64,000 bases of DNA, from positions 88,102,001 to 88,166,000 of the forward strand of contig OX597817.1 of the NCBI GenBank assembly GCA_951406725.2. The letters are read 5' to 3'. This document shows, piece after piece, positions 12,542 to 27,005 of this stretch. The position numbers and the translations under genes are program-made. Under the pieces are notes generated by a model that did not search any database, was not told where the DNA came from, and saw only the letters and a list, made by a program, of their open reading frames with translations. This DNA is from Octopus vulgaris. Taxonomy: Eukaryota. How positions within the stretch are numbered: the first letter of the stretch is position 1; the number at the start of each line of letters is the position of its first letter.

Positions 12542-15500
12542 GTAAATATTTTTATGATTTTTAACGATAATTTAAATAAATGACGAGAGGGATTATTATG
12601 TTCACGAATTATATAAATAAAACTAAACGAACTTGGTAATAAGTGTCAATCCCATCTCGTGAAGTTTTATAAACTTTTAAAATGTTATAAAACGTCAAAA
12701 ATAAACCATGTGCTAAAGTAATGTAAACTCTACCACCAACGACTTCATCCCCAAACTTTTCTTTGCTTTTCTTTTCAAAGTCGTATTTTAAAAATAATTA
12801 ATTGGTGTATTTGTATTTTAACTATAATTATTGAGAGCGTAGTCGCTAAACGAATATACATTCCGTAAAAGATGAAAAAAGGAGCGTAAATTTTAACAAC
12901 AAATCAGTTTTTCTTTTTATTTCATCCATACTCAGTAATTAGAACACTGGTTTAATTTCTGACATATGGTAATGATGTTGGATCTCCGTCGTTCCGCGGA
13001 GAAGATTCAGTTCTTTGAACAACTAAATTATTTACTCTTGAATAAATGTCAAAAACACATGTGTATTCTTAAATTAATACTCTGACAGAATCAGTGTTAT
13101 ACAGGGTGTAACAAGTCTGTACCGTTTGACTTACATGTACGATCCACCCGACAAGCTTCTCTATAGTTTCCGTTTCCCCAGTCTCACCCACAAGGTATGG
13201 ACCGAACCGAGGCTATAGAAAATATCGTCGTTTGCCCCAGATTGAATACGAGATCGCGGTTCCAAAATATCAACTATAAACTCTACTTCTCACATTGAGC
13301 TTTAGATTTTATTTTTATCTAGATTGTAAACACAAGTGTTTACCTGACACACACACACACAACTACACACACATACGAGGTAGTGTTGAAAATTTCCTTG
13401 CTTTAAGGGTGTCGCAAAAAGCCTGCTTGGAGGCCCAACCGTCCGAGTTCTTCTACAGGGCTTAGAAAGACTGAAGGACCACTGCAATAAGTGTGTGAAT
13501 CTAAAAGGGAAATATATTGAATAAAATCATAATTAACTGATCCTCTTGTATTACTCAAAACCAGGAACTCTTCAGCACCCCCTTGTCTATACACACACAC
13601 ACATATATACACTAACAAAGGAGACATACAAATATGTTAAACTAGCAGAGATACCCGGCGTTGTCCATGTCACATGGAATTAAAGAACAATACTTTTCTT
13701 TTCTACTTTCTCTAATGAACTGGAATACCTATGATTCGAATTTCATCAAAATTGGAGATTAAAAATTTTAATGGGGGGTTCTTTCCCTCTTTACACATCC
13801 TAACAAAATGTCTAATCATGACATACTACTCATCATACTACTACTCAATCATAAGATTCCAAAATCCATATCTTATAAAACCCATTCAAAGGTTTTTGCT
13901 CCTGAAAAATGGAGCTCTAAAATGTGGGAGTTAGGCTCCTATCAGTGGGTCTCAAAGTTAGCCAGAGAAGTTGAATTGTTGGGAATCTTTTTTAACTTGT
14001 GTTTTATATCTGTTGTTCGAAGTTCTTTGAAATCGGAAATAATGAATGTTCACTGGATTTGTAAAATAGAGCAAAGGCTAGAGGAAACCAAAAGGTGAAT
14101 GATCACAATTAGCAGTCAGCTACCCTACCCTAGTCGTTACCACTCCCAATGTAGGATTCCTCACCACACAGGTGACCAGTACAGCCATAAGATGCAATTG
14201 GAAGGGTGTGACCCAACTCAAATAAACATTAGAAACTGTGTGATATGAGGGCTAAGGGGAAATGAAAGTGTCACCTCTGGAGTTTGCCAATGATCACTAT
14301 GCTGATAGATAACTAAACAAAATAAATTTGTAATCTATAAATCTCTTTGAATGACAAATCACTTATCTGGAAAGGCCTTGAAATCAGTATTACCATCTGG
14401 GGACTATCTCTGACCCAGTGATAATAAAAAGACTCAAAGGAGGTCTGCAACCAAATAACTTTACTCAAAATAACACTTGGCAACTGAATCAGTGGAGGTA
14501 AAGATGCCTCTCCTTTACTTGACAATTTATGCATCACATTGCAGAAATCACAATCGTAGTATATCTCAAAGCAAACTTTTACTCTGTTGTACCATTGAAT
14601 TACAGATAACGCTCAGCTTGTAACCTTGTGTGACTCTACAGCTTCCAAGACTACAACTGTATTTGTCTTGGCTTAAGAAAAATGACTAAATTGTGGAGAT
14701 TAAGCCCCCATTAAAGGGTCTTACTAACGTCCTAAGAAGTTGAAATTTTAGGAATATTACTTCATTTGTGTCTAATATCTATGGTTAAAATTTCATCAAC
14801 AGAAAAAAATATATGAATTTTCATGGGGGTTATGACCTCATTTATCTCCCTCACTTTCAAAGATATACTGCATTACATCTGCCCTTAAGCATAGAATATA
14901 ATTTCCAAATTTCATAAAAATCCATTCAGTACTTCTGACCTTGTTTTGGATCATAAAAAATTACTAAAATTTGGGAGTTCAGACCCCAACAGAAACTTTG
15001 GGAATACTTCTTGATTTGTGTCAATTACCTATGGTTGAAATTTCATCAACATTGGAAATTTATGAATTTTCATGGTGGGGTTCTGCCCCCTTTAAGCCCT
15101 CTCAAATTTAAACCAAACATATTGCATTATGCCTGCCCTTATGCATTGAATCTAAGTTCCAAATATCATAAGGATCCATTCAGTAATTTTGGTCCATGAA
15201 AAATGACTAGGGGTTAAGCCCCTATTAGGGGGGTCTTAGAATCATCCAAAGAAATGGAAATTTTGGGTGAATTTTAAAATTTATTTCTAATACCTATAGT
15301 TCAAATTTCATCAAAATCTGAAGTATATGAATTTTCACGGGGGCTTCTTCCCACTTTTATTCCCCCTCAAAATTGTATGAAACATACAGCATTATGCTTC
15401 TCCCTAGGCTTGGATTATGTGTTTCAAATTTCATTAGGATCAGTTCAGTAGTTTTCAAGTCTATAAGTAACACACAGACATTGACTTTTATACAATAGAT

Positions 15501-18500
15501 TTACCTGAAAAGTAATGAAGTCTTAATCAGTTTTCGAGTCTCCTCAGAGACCAATTCTAGAAGAAAAATAAGTATCCATTCTGTTTATATACATATCAAA
15601 TCTCGTAGCTTCAGAGAACAGAGTTTACTAATTCACATACCGTTAGTGTTGTAACGATAAATGTACTGATATATGTTGGGGGTCAGCAGTTACCAATTGT
15701 AAAGGGTGTTGATGTTGCAGATGTGTAAGATGAAAGAAGAACAGTTACCGAAGTTGTAAACAAACATTTATTTACTGTTACATATTGTTATAGCCAAACC
15801 AGAATGGGCTGGTATGTATTATATAATTCGTAATATATGGACTGGAGCAATATGAAATAAAGCATGCGAAGTAAAGAGAGATATGGTAGATTTTTCTTGT
15901 ATAGTTTGTGTTCATGTTCTCCTCATTCTAACAGCATGGAAAAAGATAGATAGAGTTATCTTGTAGAGAAGAGAAAGTGAGCTAGTGAGAATGGTGAGAC
16001 AAAACAAGTGCTATGTTGGTGAGTTACCATAGTTGTCCCTCTGTGCCTTTTCATTAAGAGACGGCATTTCGTTCAGCTGGTCAGCCAACTCCCCTGTTTA
16101 TCAGTTCTCACTTACTGACTTTGGTTTATGGAGTTCTTGTTTTTATAACTATACAAAACTAGTTAGAAAAATAGGTATATTGCAGAGACAGCCTGATGTA
16201 GGTTGACCTTATCTAATTCCAACTTTTGGTGATATGGAAGAGGTCAAAAGAGTTAAACGGAAAAGACATAAATTGGCTTGGCAAAGTCATATGTTAAATG
16301 TAACTGCTGTCACTATTGTTTTTCTGTGAGAAAAGTACTGTTGAAATGTTAAAGGAAATTGGCAGATTCAGGTTCGAATCTGATCTATACCTAAATGAAG
16401 TCACTACAGTGTTTACCCCTTTAGCATTCAGATTACTTTGTGAAATATTTATTTATTCATTGTTTTGAATTGCTCATGTATTATCCTGTAGCTTTGAAAT
16501 TTTGATGATGTAATTGTGTATTTTTAGAAAGACATTGTAGGGTAGATGTGAGATGCCAGATCTGGCCAGTTTGAACATAAAACAGGTTAAATATTTTGAC
16601 TGGATGTGGCTGGTTTAAATGCTAAAGGGTTAACACTTTATTTGATATCAGTGGTCTGTCAATGGAGAACCTAGTCCACATAGTATCAAAGTAGGATATA
16701 AAATATGTAGTAGATGTACATCATCATCATCATTTAGCGTCCGTTTTCCATGCTAGCATGGGTTGGACGGTTTAACTGGGGTCTGTGAAGCCGGAAGGCT
16801 TCATCAGGCCCAGTCAGATTTGGCAGTGTTTGTCAAATTTAGGTATTTGTCTGTAGATTGAAAAAATGATGAATAGTCTTAATTTCCAGTTGATCCGATC
16901 AACAGAACAGTCTGCTCATGAAATTAACATGCAAGTGGGTGAGCACTCTGCAAACACATGTACCCTTAATGTAGCTCTCAGGGAGATTCAGCATGACACA
17001 AAGTGTGACAAGGCTGGCCTTTTGAAATACAGATACTACTCATTTTTGCCAGCTGAGTGGACTGGAGCAATATAAAATAAAATGTCTTGCTCAGGGACAC
17101 AATGCGTCACTGGGAATTGAACTCACAACCTTATGATTGTTAGCCAAATACCCTAACCATTAAGCCAAACTCCTTTTTAACTATTTTCAATGGAAAAGGA
17201 GGTAGTGGAGCAAGCTTTACATTTCATCTAAAGAAGTTAAGATAGTTTAATTCAACAAGCAGTTGATAAAATTTGTATGGAAAAAAAAAAACAGAGGCGA
17301 AATTACTCTTCATCCTATCAGTGAATTACTTGTAGAAGGGACTATCAGTTATATATCTTGCCAGGCCTTCAATAATCCTGTTCTTTCATTTCCTCTTAGT
17401 GACTGTTCTGCTTCTTTGTTTTACTCTCTGTGGAAATTTATCTCATGCTGTGTTTGAACCAGTTGTGCAAACCTTGACATTCTGCTTGGCTCTGTCTCAA
17501 TTGCAAGTTGTGCTTCTAAATGTATGAGCTTTTCCAAATCATTCTTGCCTTTCCTTTTGGAGATCAACTGCAAGATGGCTTTGACATGTTTTAAGGGAGT
17601 TGTCTCAGCCTTGTGTCTCTTTACTCTGGGTCTCAGTTGAAAACCAATTACTCTGTGCTGGAGAGAGTTACTTCAATCTGACATCTCTTTGCTTTGGAAT
17701 CTCAACTGCAAGATGATTCTTTTGTGCTTGGGAAAACCTGACAAATCCATTCTGCTTGGCAGAATTGGAATATTTCCTCTTTGTTTCAGTTCATAACCAG
17801 ACATTTGCTTCAGTTTGTAAATGCAGTGTAAATGATAACATATTAAAGGACTGATAAGCAAGGTGTGTGTGTACTTACGTATTTATGTGTGTATTGTATG
17901 ATATATATTGCACAATATTTATTATCTTATTGTATTGCACAATATACATTGTTATAGGAAGTGCATAGTGCACAATAGTTATTGTTACATAAAATATATA
18001 AATTCTGCATGATATATATTATAAAGCATATTTATTGCATGATTTGAGTGTGTGTGTGTGTATTAAGTTATATATATATATATATATATATATAGATAGA
18101 TATATATAGATATTAAGTCATGTATATATATAAAATCTCAACCCTTGATTCCAAAATAGCTGTATACCTAGTTTTCTGCTGTATCTTTTCACAAATTTCA
18201 ATAGTATTTCCTCCATAAATTCAAAGCAAAAGTTAAAATTTCATGCAACAAACATTATCAGAGTGAATTTAGAAGCAGCCAATGAAAAAATATTTTCACG
18301 TTCTTTCATATTTTCAAAATTAAATGTAAAACAAAATACCATTAGAAAATAGTGGCTTTTTAATAGCAGAAGAAGACATTAATTTGGAAAAAGCATTAGA
18401 TACTGAAAATGCGGAAAGATTACATGACTATTAAATGTGATAATGATTCAGGATGTGAATAATCTATGTGATTAATAGACTGATGTTAATACAACTTGTT

Positions 18501-21500
18501 GATTTTTTTATTTTATGCTTGTCATCAGATGTTCTGGACACATAATTACAAAGGATTTAGCTTTAGTTACTTTGCTTAGAAATGCAGCACAATGGTAATA
18601 TAAAGAAACAGCTCATGACAATTGATATTAACGAGAGCAAAACCTTTTCATTTGATTAAATATTGAGTCTCAGACATTTGTTATGTTGATTGATTTACTC
18701 CTCATATTTCAATCATCTAGAGTGTGGTAATAAAAATCCTTTCTACTATAGATATAAGACCTGACATTTTAGGGAAGAGGGTTACTCAATTACATCGACC
18801 CCAGTGTTCCACTGTTTCTTATTTCATTGACTGTGAAATGATGACCGGCAAAGTCAACTTCAGATGCACTTGAATTCAGAATGTAGAGATGGAAGAAATG
18901 CTGTTGAGTATTTTGTCCAGTATGATAACAATTCTGCCACCCTAAGTAGTGCTGTAATAATGGTTTCAAATTTTGACACAAGGCCAGCAATTCTAGGGCA
19001 TGTTGTTAGTCAATTACATTCACCTCAGTCTTCCACTGGTACTTATTTTGTCATTCCCAAAAGGATGAAAGACAAAGTTGACTTCAGTGGCATTTGAATT
19101 CAGAATGTAGCGACAGACAAACTGCTGCTAAGCATTTTGTTCAATATACTAACAATTCTACCTGCTCACTGCCTTAAGGAATGCTGTAATAATAGGCACC
19201 ATTTTTAGCACACAAAATTACTGTCTCAGAAACAGAAACCATTTTAAAACTTCTATGATTGAAGTGACACTGTCTTTCTATATTTGAGTTTATGAGCATG
19301 AAACAAAAATCATAATTCATATAAGAAACATTAGAGAAATTAGATGTTTCACCATCGTCCTCCAGGTCATAGCAGAAGAATTTAAGACTGGAAGCTCATG
19401 GGAACTACTGCATGGTGATGATCTTGGCCTCTGTAATAGATTTAGAAAAGAAATTCGAGATGTGGAAACAAAATCTGGAATCAAAGGGTATTAGAGTAGC
19501 ATATACAACAGAGCACTGGTGCATTGAGAGAGAAGTTGGGCATACAAGGAATTATATGCAGTGTGCAAGATAGGAGCCTGTGCCGGTTTGGTCAGGTGAT
19601 GTGGATAGATGAAGATAGTTGCATAAAGAAGTGCGGCACTTAAAGTGGAAGGAAGTTGTGGAAGAGGGAGACCTAAGAAGACATGGGATGATGTATTGAA
19701 GGTCATCTCAAAGTGCTGAGACTTATGAAGGAAATGACAGAGGAATAAGATATGTGGCATAGTGCTGTAATCAGGAAGACCTGCTTACCACAACAGAATT
19801 GAAATCTTAAAACCAGAATGCCATGTAAAAAGCATTGGTGTGGCTGCTGGTGCCATGGTGCAGGTGTCATGTAAAAAAGTACTGGTGATGGTGCCACATA
19901 AAAAGCACCCAACACGGCATTAGGAATGGCATCCAGCCATAGAAACCGAGCCAAAACAGACTATGGAACCTTGGTCTTACAAGTTGCTGTCAAGCCATCC
20001 AACCTATGCCAGCATGGAAAACAGAAGTTAAATGTTGATAATAATGGCAATGTTGATGATCTAAGTGAGATTTTCTTCGGTAGATTCCTGCTATATTCTG
20101 TGGGGTGGGTTGGAAGGTATATTAACGTATAGGCGGTGAGCTGGCAGAGACGTTAGCACGCCAGACGAAATGCTCAGCAGTATTTCATCTGCTGCTACGT
20201 TCTGAGTTCAAATTCTGCCGAGGTCGACTTTGCCTTTCATCCTTTCGGGGTCGATTAAATAAGTACCAGTTACATACTGGGGTCAATGTAATCGACTTAA
20301 TCCGTTTGTCTGTCCTTGTTTGTCCCCTCTGTGTTTAGTCCCTTGTGGGTAGTAAAGAAATAGGTATATTAACGTATTTTTTATGGGTTTTATATGTGTT
20401 CTGTGTACTTTATATGGGGTCTTTATAAAATAGTTTTTCTGTGGGTTATATATTTGCAGTTTTTTTCATTCATTATTGTATCAAACAAGTTAACAATTTT
20501 TAAGATATGGGTTGATGGTTACTGATAATTTTAGGCTCTTGAAGAAAAGGGTATATAAAAATGGTGCCCATACATGCATTCATGCACGCACACACGCACG
20601 CATATGTTTGGACTCAGCCGTGACTGTATGGTTAAGAAGTTCACTTTGTAACCGTATGATTTTTGGTTTAGTCTCCCTGTGCAGTACCTAAGGCAAGTGA
20701 TTTTTACCATAGCCTCAGACTCACCGTTATCTTGTGAGTGAATTTGATATACAGAAATGCGTAGTACAAGTGTCTTGCACTGTGTGTGTGTGTGTGTGTG
20801 TATACATGCATACATATTTGTACGTGTACGTATGCATGCTGTAATATTAAATACATCAGACAAAGTGAAAGAACTCAGTAGAGTGTAGTATTTGATTTAT
20901 CGTACCCAAGACTAGTAATGACGTTACTGATGGATGTACCAAATGAGTACATAATGTCTATATTTGATTTTATATGATTCCTAAATCTAGTAATGCCGCT
21001 ATTCACAGATACACAGAATGGCTGTTATAGTATGTCTGAATTTGATTTATATTCAGAAATGCACAAAAAGGACTGTTATACAATATCTCTCATTTATCAA
21101 CGACGAGCATAGAATATTCATGCAATCAACAGGCACAGGTCTAGTCATTGAATCCCGGTTTTTCGTCAGGTTTCCTTCTATTAAACAAGCCATACAGTGT
21201 AGGAGGGATAATTTACTACTAAACTAGTGAGTTACTTCCCTTCAAATAGCTACACAACAAATTTTAGAACTTAGTAGAATCCCTAACAAACGGGGCAAAA
21301 TGTTCTAAGTTCAAATTCCGCCAAGGTCGACTTTGCCTTTTATCCATTCGGGGTTGATAAAATAAGTATTAGTTGAGTGCTGGGGTTGATGCAATCGACT
21401 TACACCCTTCCCCGAAATTACTAACCTGATAAAATTTTTCATCATAAAAAAGGAGGCGAGCTAGCCGAATCGTTATAGCACACGGGGCGATATAATTAGA

Positions 21501-24500
21501 GGTATTTCTTTCAGCTTTACATTCAGATTGTAACTTCCGCCGAGCTCGACTTTGCCTGCCATCCTCTCAGGGTCAGAAAATAAATACACATGGAGCACTG
21601 GGATGGGGGGCCCACATATAATCGATTTGCCCCCCTCCGGGCAAATTTCACGCTTTGTGCTTATTGTGGAAAGAATATTTTTTACTAAAAGTTGATGGGA
21701 AGCGACGAAGAGTGCGAGAATGACTCTGGTAGATTGGACTAATTAGGTTCTATTCTTTGAGTGTAATTGGTAAAGAGCATAGCTTCTTGAAAATTTAAGA
21801 TAAAATCAAAATCACAAGCTAGTGAAGGGCCACAACTCGTGTACAGATGAACAAAAATTTATAAAAGGGGATCTGAATTATTGGTTATCTTTTACTTGTT
21901 ACAATCATTGGACTGCGGCCATGCTGGGGCACCGCCTTGAAAGATTTTAATTGAACAAATCGTCCCCAGTACTTATTTTTTAAAGTCTGGTACTTCTATA
22001 AGTTACTTTTGCTGAATCGCTTATTAAACAAACCAACATCGGTTGTCAAGCGGTGGTGGGGTCAAACACAAAAGTACATATATTCACACACACACACACA
22101 TACAAATATTTTTTTATTCTTTTACTGTGGCAATGCTGGGGCACCACCTTGAAGAATTTTATCCAAAAGGTTCAACCCCAGTATTTATTATTTTAAGCCT
22201 GGCATTTATTCTATCGGTTTCGTTTGCCCAAACCACTAAGCTGCAGAGGTGTAACACACTAACAGTAGTTGTCAAGTGGCACTGGGGGACAAACACAGAC
22301 ACAAAAACACCACACACACACACACAAGACTGCAAATCTACACAAGAAATTCACATAAAAGAAAAGCAGATGAATATTTAGAAAAAACATAGATTTCAAG
22401 CTACTTTAAGCAACTTTACTGTAGATCATTTGCTAAGAAGTCACAATAATGATTTTGATTTTGCCTGGGATTTGGCAAATGTGTCTTTTACCATTCTGTT
22501 TTTTCAACACAGATTGTTTCAATGCATCATGACACATCACATTATCAGTGCATATGCACTGATTCTATCAACATCCAAACAAAAGCATGACATTTTCTGC
22601 TCTAAATTGCTGACAGTTGTCAGTAAAATTCCATATCATGGGCGACTTTAATGTCAGAATAGGCAACAAACACACAGTGTGGTCAAAAGTAATAAGAAAT
22701 CATGGAACAGGAAAAACGAATGCAAATGCAAGTGGTTTATGATTGTTTTCTTTATGTCAATATGTTATCTATAATATCTTTTATATATGTTACATCTGAT
22801 ATTTTATAATATATATTGTTATCTTCATGGGGATCCACATAATAAATCAGGCACCAATTACTCTGTTTATCATTCTTGTTTTGTTTTTGTTTAGCCACCT
22901 AAAAAGAAAGGCGGTAAAAAGGGTAAGAAATCTGGGAAAGGAGGTAAAACTCCCATCATCATAGACAATGTTTCCACAGACGAGATGACAAAAGAACAGG
23001 TAAGATTAAAAGACTTCATAATTTATTCATTAATATTAATGTATTGGTGTAAGGTGGCAAGTTGGCAGAATCATTAGCATGCTGTGCATTTTGTTCATCT
23101 TTACATTCTGAGTTCAAATTCTGCTGTGGTCACCTTTGTCTTTCATCCTTTTGGGTCAATAAAATAAGTACCAGTTGAGTACTGGGTTTGATACAATCAA
23201 CTAGTCTCCTGCCCTGGGCCAAATTTTGAAATTGCTATTAATGTATTGGTGAAAAAGTCTTACTTGTTATCTTCAATTTGGTGAAAAAGCCAAACTTGCT
23301 GCCTTCAACTCAGTTTTCATGTCTATCCTCACCTATGGTCATGAATGTTGGCTAATAACCAAAAGAGTCCAATTGAAAATATAAGTGGCAGAAATGGGGT
23401 TTTGTGAAAGGATCTCTGGAGTAACAATACAGAGATCCTTGTGAAAAGATCTCTAGAGTAACACTGTCTAGCTCAAAGATCAGGGGTCTCTCCAGGATGA
23501 GCTGCTACTTCTCTGCATTGAGGTGTCTGGGTTCCAGTACTACAAGACATGTGATTAGAATGTCACAACGAAGAATTCACGACAGATTCTTCAAACTGAG
23601 CCAACCAGCAGGAGACCTAGGGATAGGCCAAGAATGAGATGGTTGGATAATATCTATAATCTCAGTTAGTCACTTTTGAGAATTCAGCTCTCAGAGAGTC
23701 TAATGACTTCTGATAGGATCCTATGGGAGTATTACCTGAGGACTCTACCCCTGCAACCCCTCCAAGAATAGTCAGTAGAGATGGATGTTAATGTAGTTAG
23801 TCATTTTAGGTGTTCATTTATTTTTTATTTTTCAGCAATTAAGTCCTTTAACAGGCTTTTACTTTGAGTATCTCTTCAGATATTTCTCTATGAATTTCAA
23901 TTTTATCAATTTTGAGTTTCGTTAATTAAGGCATTTAATCTATAAAAGGCAAGAGACACAGAGAAGTAGGGGAGCTAATTGGTATGTGAGGGGTTAAACC
24001 CACTTGTTAGAAACATAAGTTATATATGTATGAAGTGTATGTGTGTGTATGAAGAATGTGTTTTCTTTTTTAAATCATACCCAACCTTTTAGCTTGTATC
24101 CTGATTACTGAAATACATAACGAACAGTATAAAAGGAACCTACAGGTAATATCTGGCCAGAACTCATTGAAATGGAGGCCTATTACCAGTTTTGCAGAGG
24201 CCTGGTAACACACAGTTTGAATAAAAGAGAAAATTATATTAGAATAAGAATAAACTGAAGCTAAATATATTTGATTTGTTAGCCTCTAATTTGATAGTTT
24301 TGTCAACATGTTTGTTGTGTGTGTGTGTGTGTGTGTGTGTGTAGGCATGTGGCCTAGTGGTTAGGCTGTTGCACTCACAATTACTAGATCATGGGTTTGA
24401 TTTCCAGACCAGGCAGCATGTTGTGTTCTTGAGCAAAACATTTCATTTCACATTGCTCCAGTCCCTCTTTCAATCAAAGAGAATTTTAGCCTGCTTACCT

Positions 24501-26168
24501 AGCCAGCAAGGTAGCATCATATGAAGGTTAAAACAATGCAAAACGCATTGTGACCAGCAATGTGTAACAACATCTGATAGTCTTGTCAGTCACATGATCA
24601 TGTGATATATATATATATATATATATACATACATATATACTTATACACACATGCACATATATAACAATGATGACTTAATTAAACATTTTACTTTAATTGC
24701 TATTAGTGCAATAAATGAACTTAAAGTTCAAATGTATGTGTAAATTCATTACTTTATAATTGAGTGTTTAAAACTCTTTATGTTGATATAATTCCAAATC
24801 TTGTCATGGAGATTGATACTAAGCCATTGTCTAGGCATGTTTTTCTGTTTCATCCATGTGCTTTGTTGCAGCTTGAAGAGCATGTGGTACGGATGAGAGA
24901 GCAGCTTGATCGGGAAAGAAGAGAAAGAAACTTCCACCAGCTGGAGCGTGACCGTGTTCACACTTTCTGGGACATAACTCAGCAAAAGTTATCAGAACTT
25001 CAAGCTCAACTACGTAACAAAGACAGAGAAATGGAAGAAGCCGAAGAAAGACATCAAATTGAAATTAAGGTGAAGTATCCACCTCGTATTTTTCTAAACC
25101 TATTTTTCTTGAGAAGGTCTATGGCATGAAGAGAGCTGATTGTCTTTAATCTTTTACTTGTTTCAGACATTGGTCTGTAGCCATCCTGAGGCACCCCCTT
25201 GAAGGGTTTAGTCAAACATATTGACCTAGTACTTATTTTGTTAAATCTGGTACTTATTCTATCAGTCACCTTTGCCAAAACCACTGAGCTACAGGAACAT
25301 AAACAAACCAACACCAGTTATCAAGCAGTGGGTGGGAGGACATATACAAAGATACACACACACACACATATGTACAGTATGTTAGTTGGGATATATAATC
25401 TTGGCAGTTAAAATATAATAATAATAAAACATTGTGTACAGTGCTCAGGTGCACTACAACTCATCTAAAGTGTATGTATAGTACATAGGGTCATGTACAA
25501 GTGTCAGGAAAAGAACAGTGCATGAGTCATGACATACACATATGTGTATGAGTATGGAAGGGGGACAATCAGGTGTAGTTTCGGAGGATTTCGGAAAGCA
25601 TGAGGGCCTTAAAGGATGCAGTGTCATGGCAGTCAACAACTGACGCAAGTCTGTTATTCTGGATTCAACACATATCAACAATGACCTGGAAATACTTGCG
25701 TATCACAGTGAGGTATCCAGCCACTTCATCTACAGAAGACAGCGCAGCAGGAAATTTGACTAAAACTTCTGAAATAAATGGTCAATGTTGACTAGAGAGA
25801 AATATCTTGTCTCATTCTTTCTTTTTATTCTTTTTCTTATTCTTCGCATCATTCACCTGATAGAATGAGATTACTTCGAACTGCCCAATTTAAAAGGTGA
25901 TGAACTTAATACTTAGAAGTGAAACAGCCAAGTTTCTCCACATATTATTTTTGTACAAGGTTCTAAGTAAGCAATTCCCATGTATGATGTGAAGAATAAT
26001 CTGCACAATATATATGACTAAATCAATTATTACTGATATGTTAATGAGCATAATGCAAAATTAGTCAAAATGTGAATTGTTGAAGCAATTGTAACTTATG
26101 TAATATATATGATATCACTAACTCCAATCTTCCATGTTTATCATATGTATGTATTATGTATGTATGTA

Positions 26169-26205
<37 letters not shown>

Positions 26206-26951
26206 TTATGTATGTATGTATGTATAATGGACTTCCACACAGTTTCTGTCTCCCAGATTTATTCACAAGGCATTGGTCTGTAGAAGGTAGTTGAAGGTAG
26301 TGACTCAAGGTGCCATACAGTGGGACTGAACTTGAAACCATGTGGTTGTGAAGTGAGCACACAGCTATGCTTGCACATATAATGTTTGTGAATAATCTAC
26401 AGGTCATCTACTCTGGATATGAAAACACTTGTTACTCATAAGGCTGATGCAGACTCGTTTCATTAACTACATGTTGTCTTCAATTTAACCCTTTAGCAGT
26501 CAGAATACTCTGTCAAATGCAATATTTAGTTATTCACATTGTTGTGAATTAATCATGCATTATATTGTAGCTTCAAAATTTTGGTGGTGTGATTGTTTTA
26601 TTTTTAGAACAACATTGTAGAGTAGGTGTGAGAGGCTGGATCTTGCCAGTTTGAACATAAAACAGGCAGAATATTTGGGCCAAATTTGAGCAGTTTGAAT
26701 GCTAAAGGGTTGAAAGTGGGAAGGATTTTCAGAAAAACTTTTTCAGCAGTAGTTATACTGAAACTTCTTTATTAGCTATTTATAGGCATAGGAGTGGCTG
26801 TGTGGTAAGTAGCTTACATACGAACTACATGGTTCCGGATTCAGTCCCACTGTGTGGCACCTTGAGCAAGTGTCTTCTATTATAGGGCTTGACCAAAGCC
26901 TTGTGAGTGGATTTCGTAGACGGAAACTGAAAGAAGCCTGTAGTATATATG

Positions 26952-27005
<54 letters not shown>

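Noticed and set aside
17430-17820. Short duplicated motifs (caactgcaagatg; cattctgcttggc)
   Set aside because: Too degenerate to define a unit or assign a function
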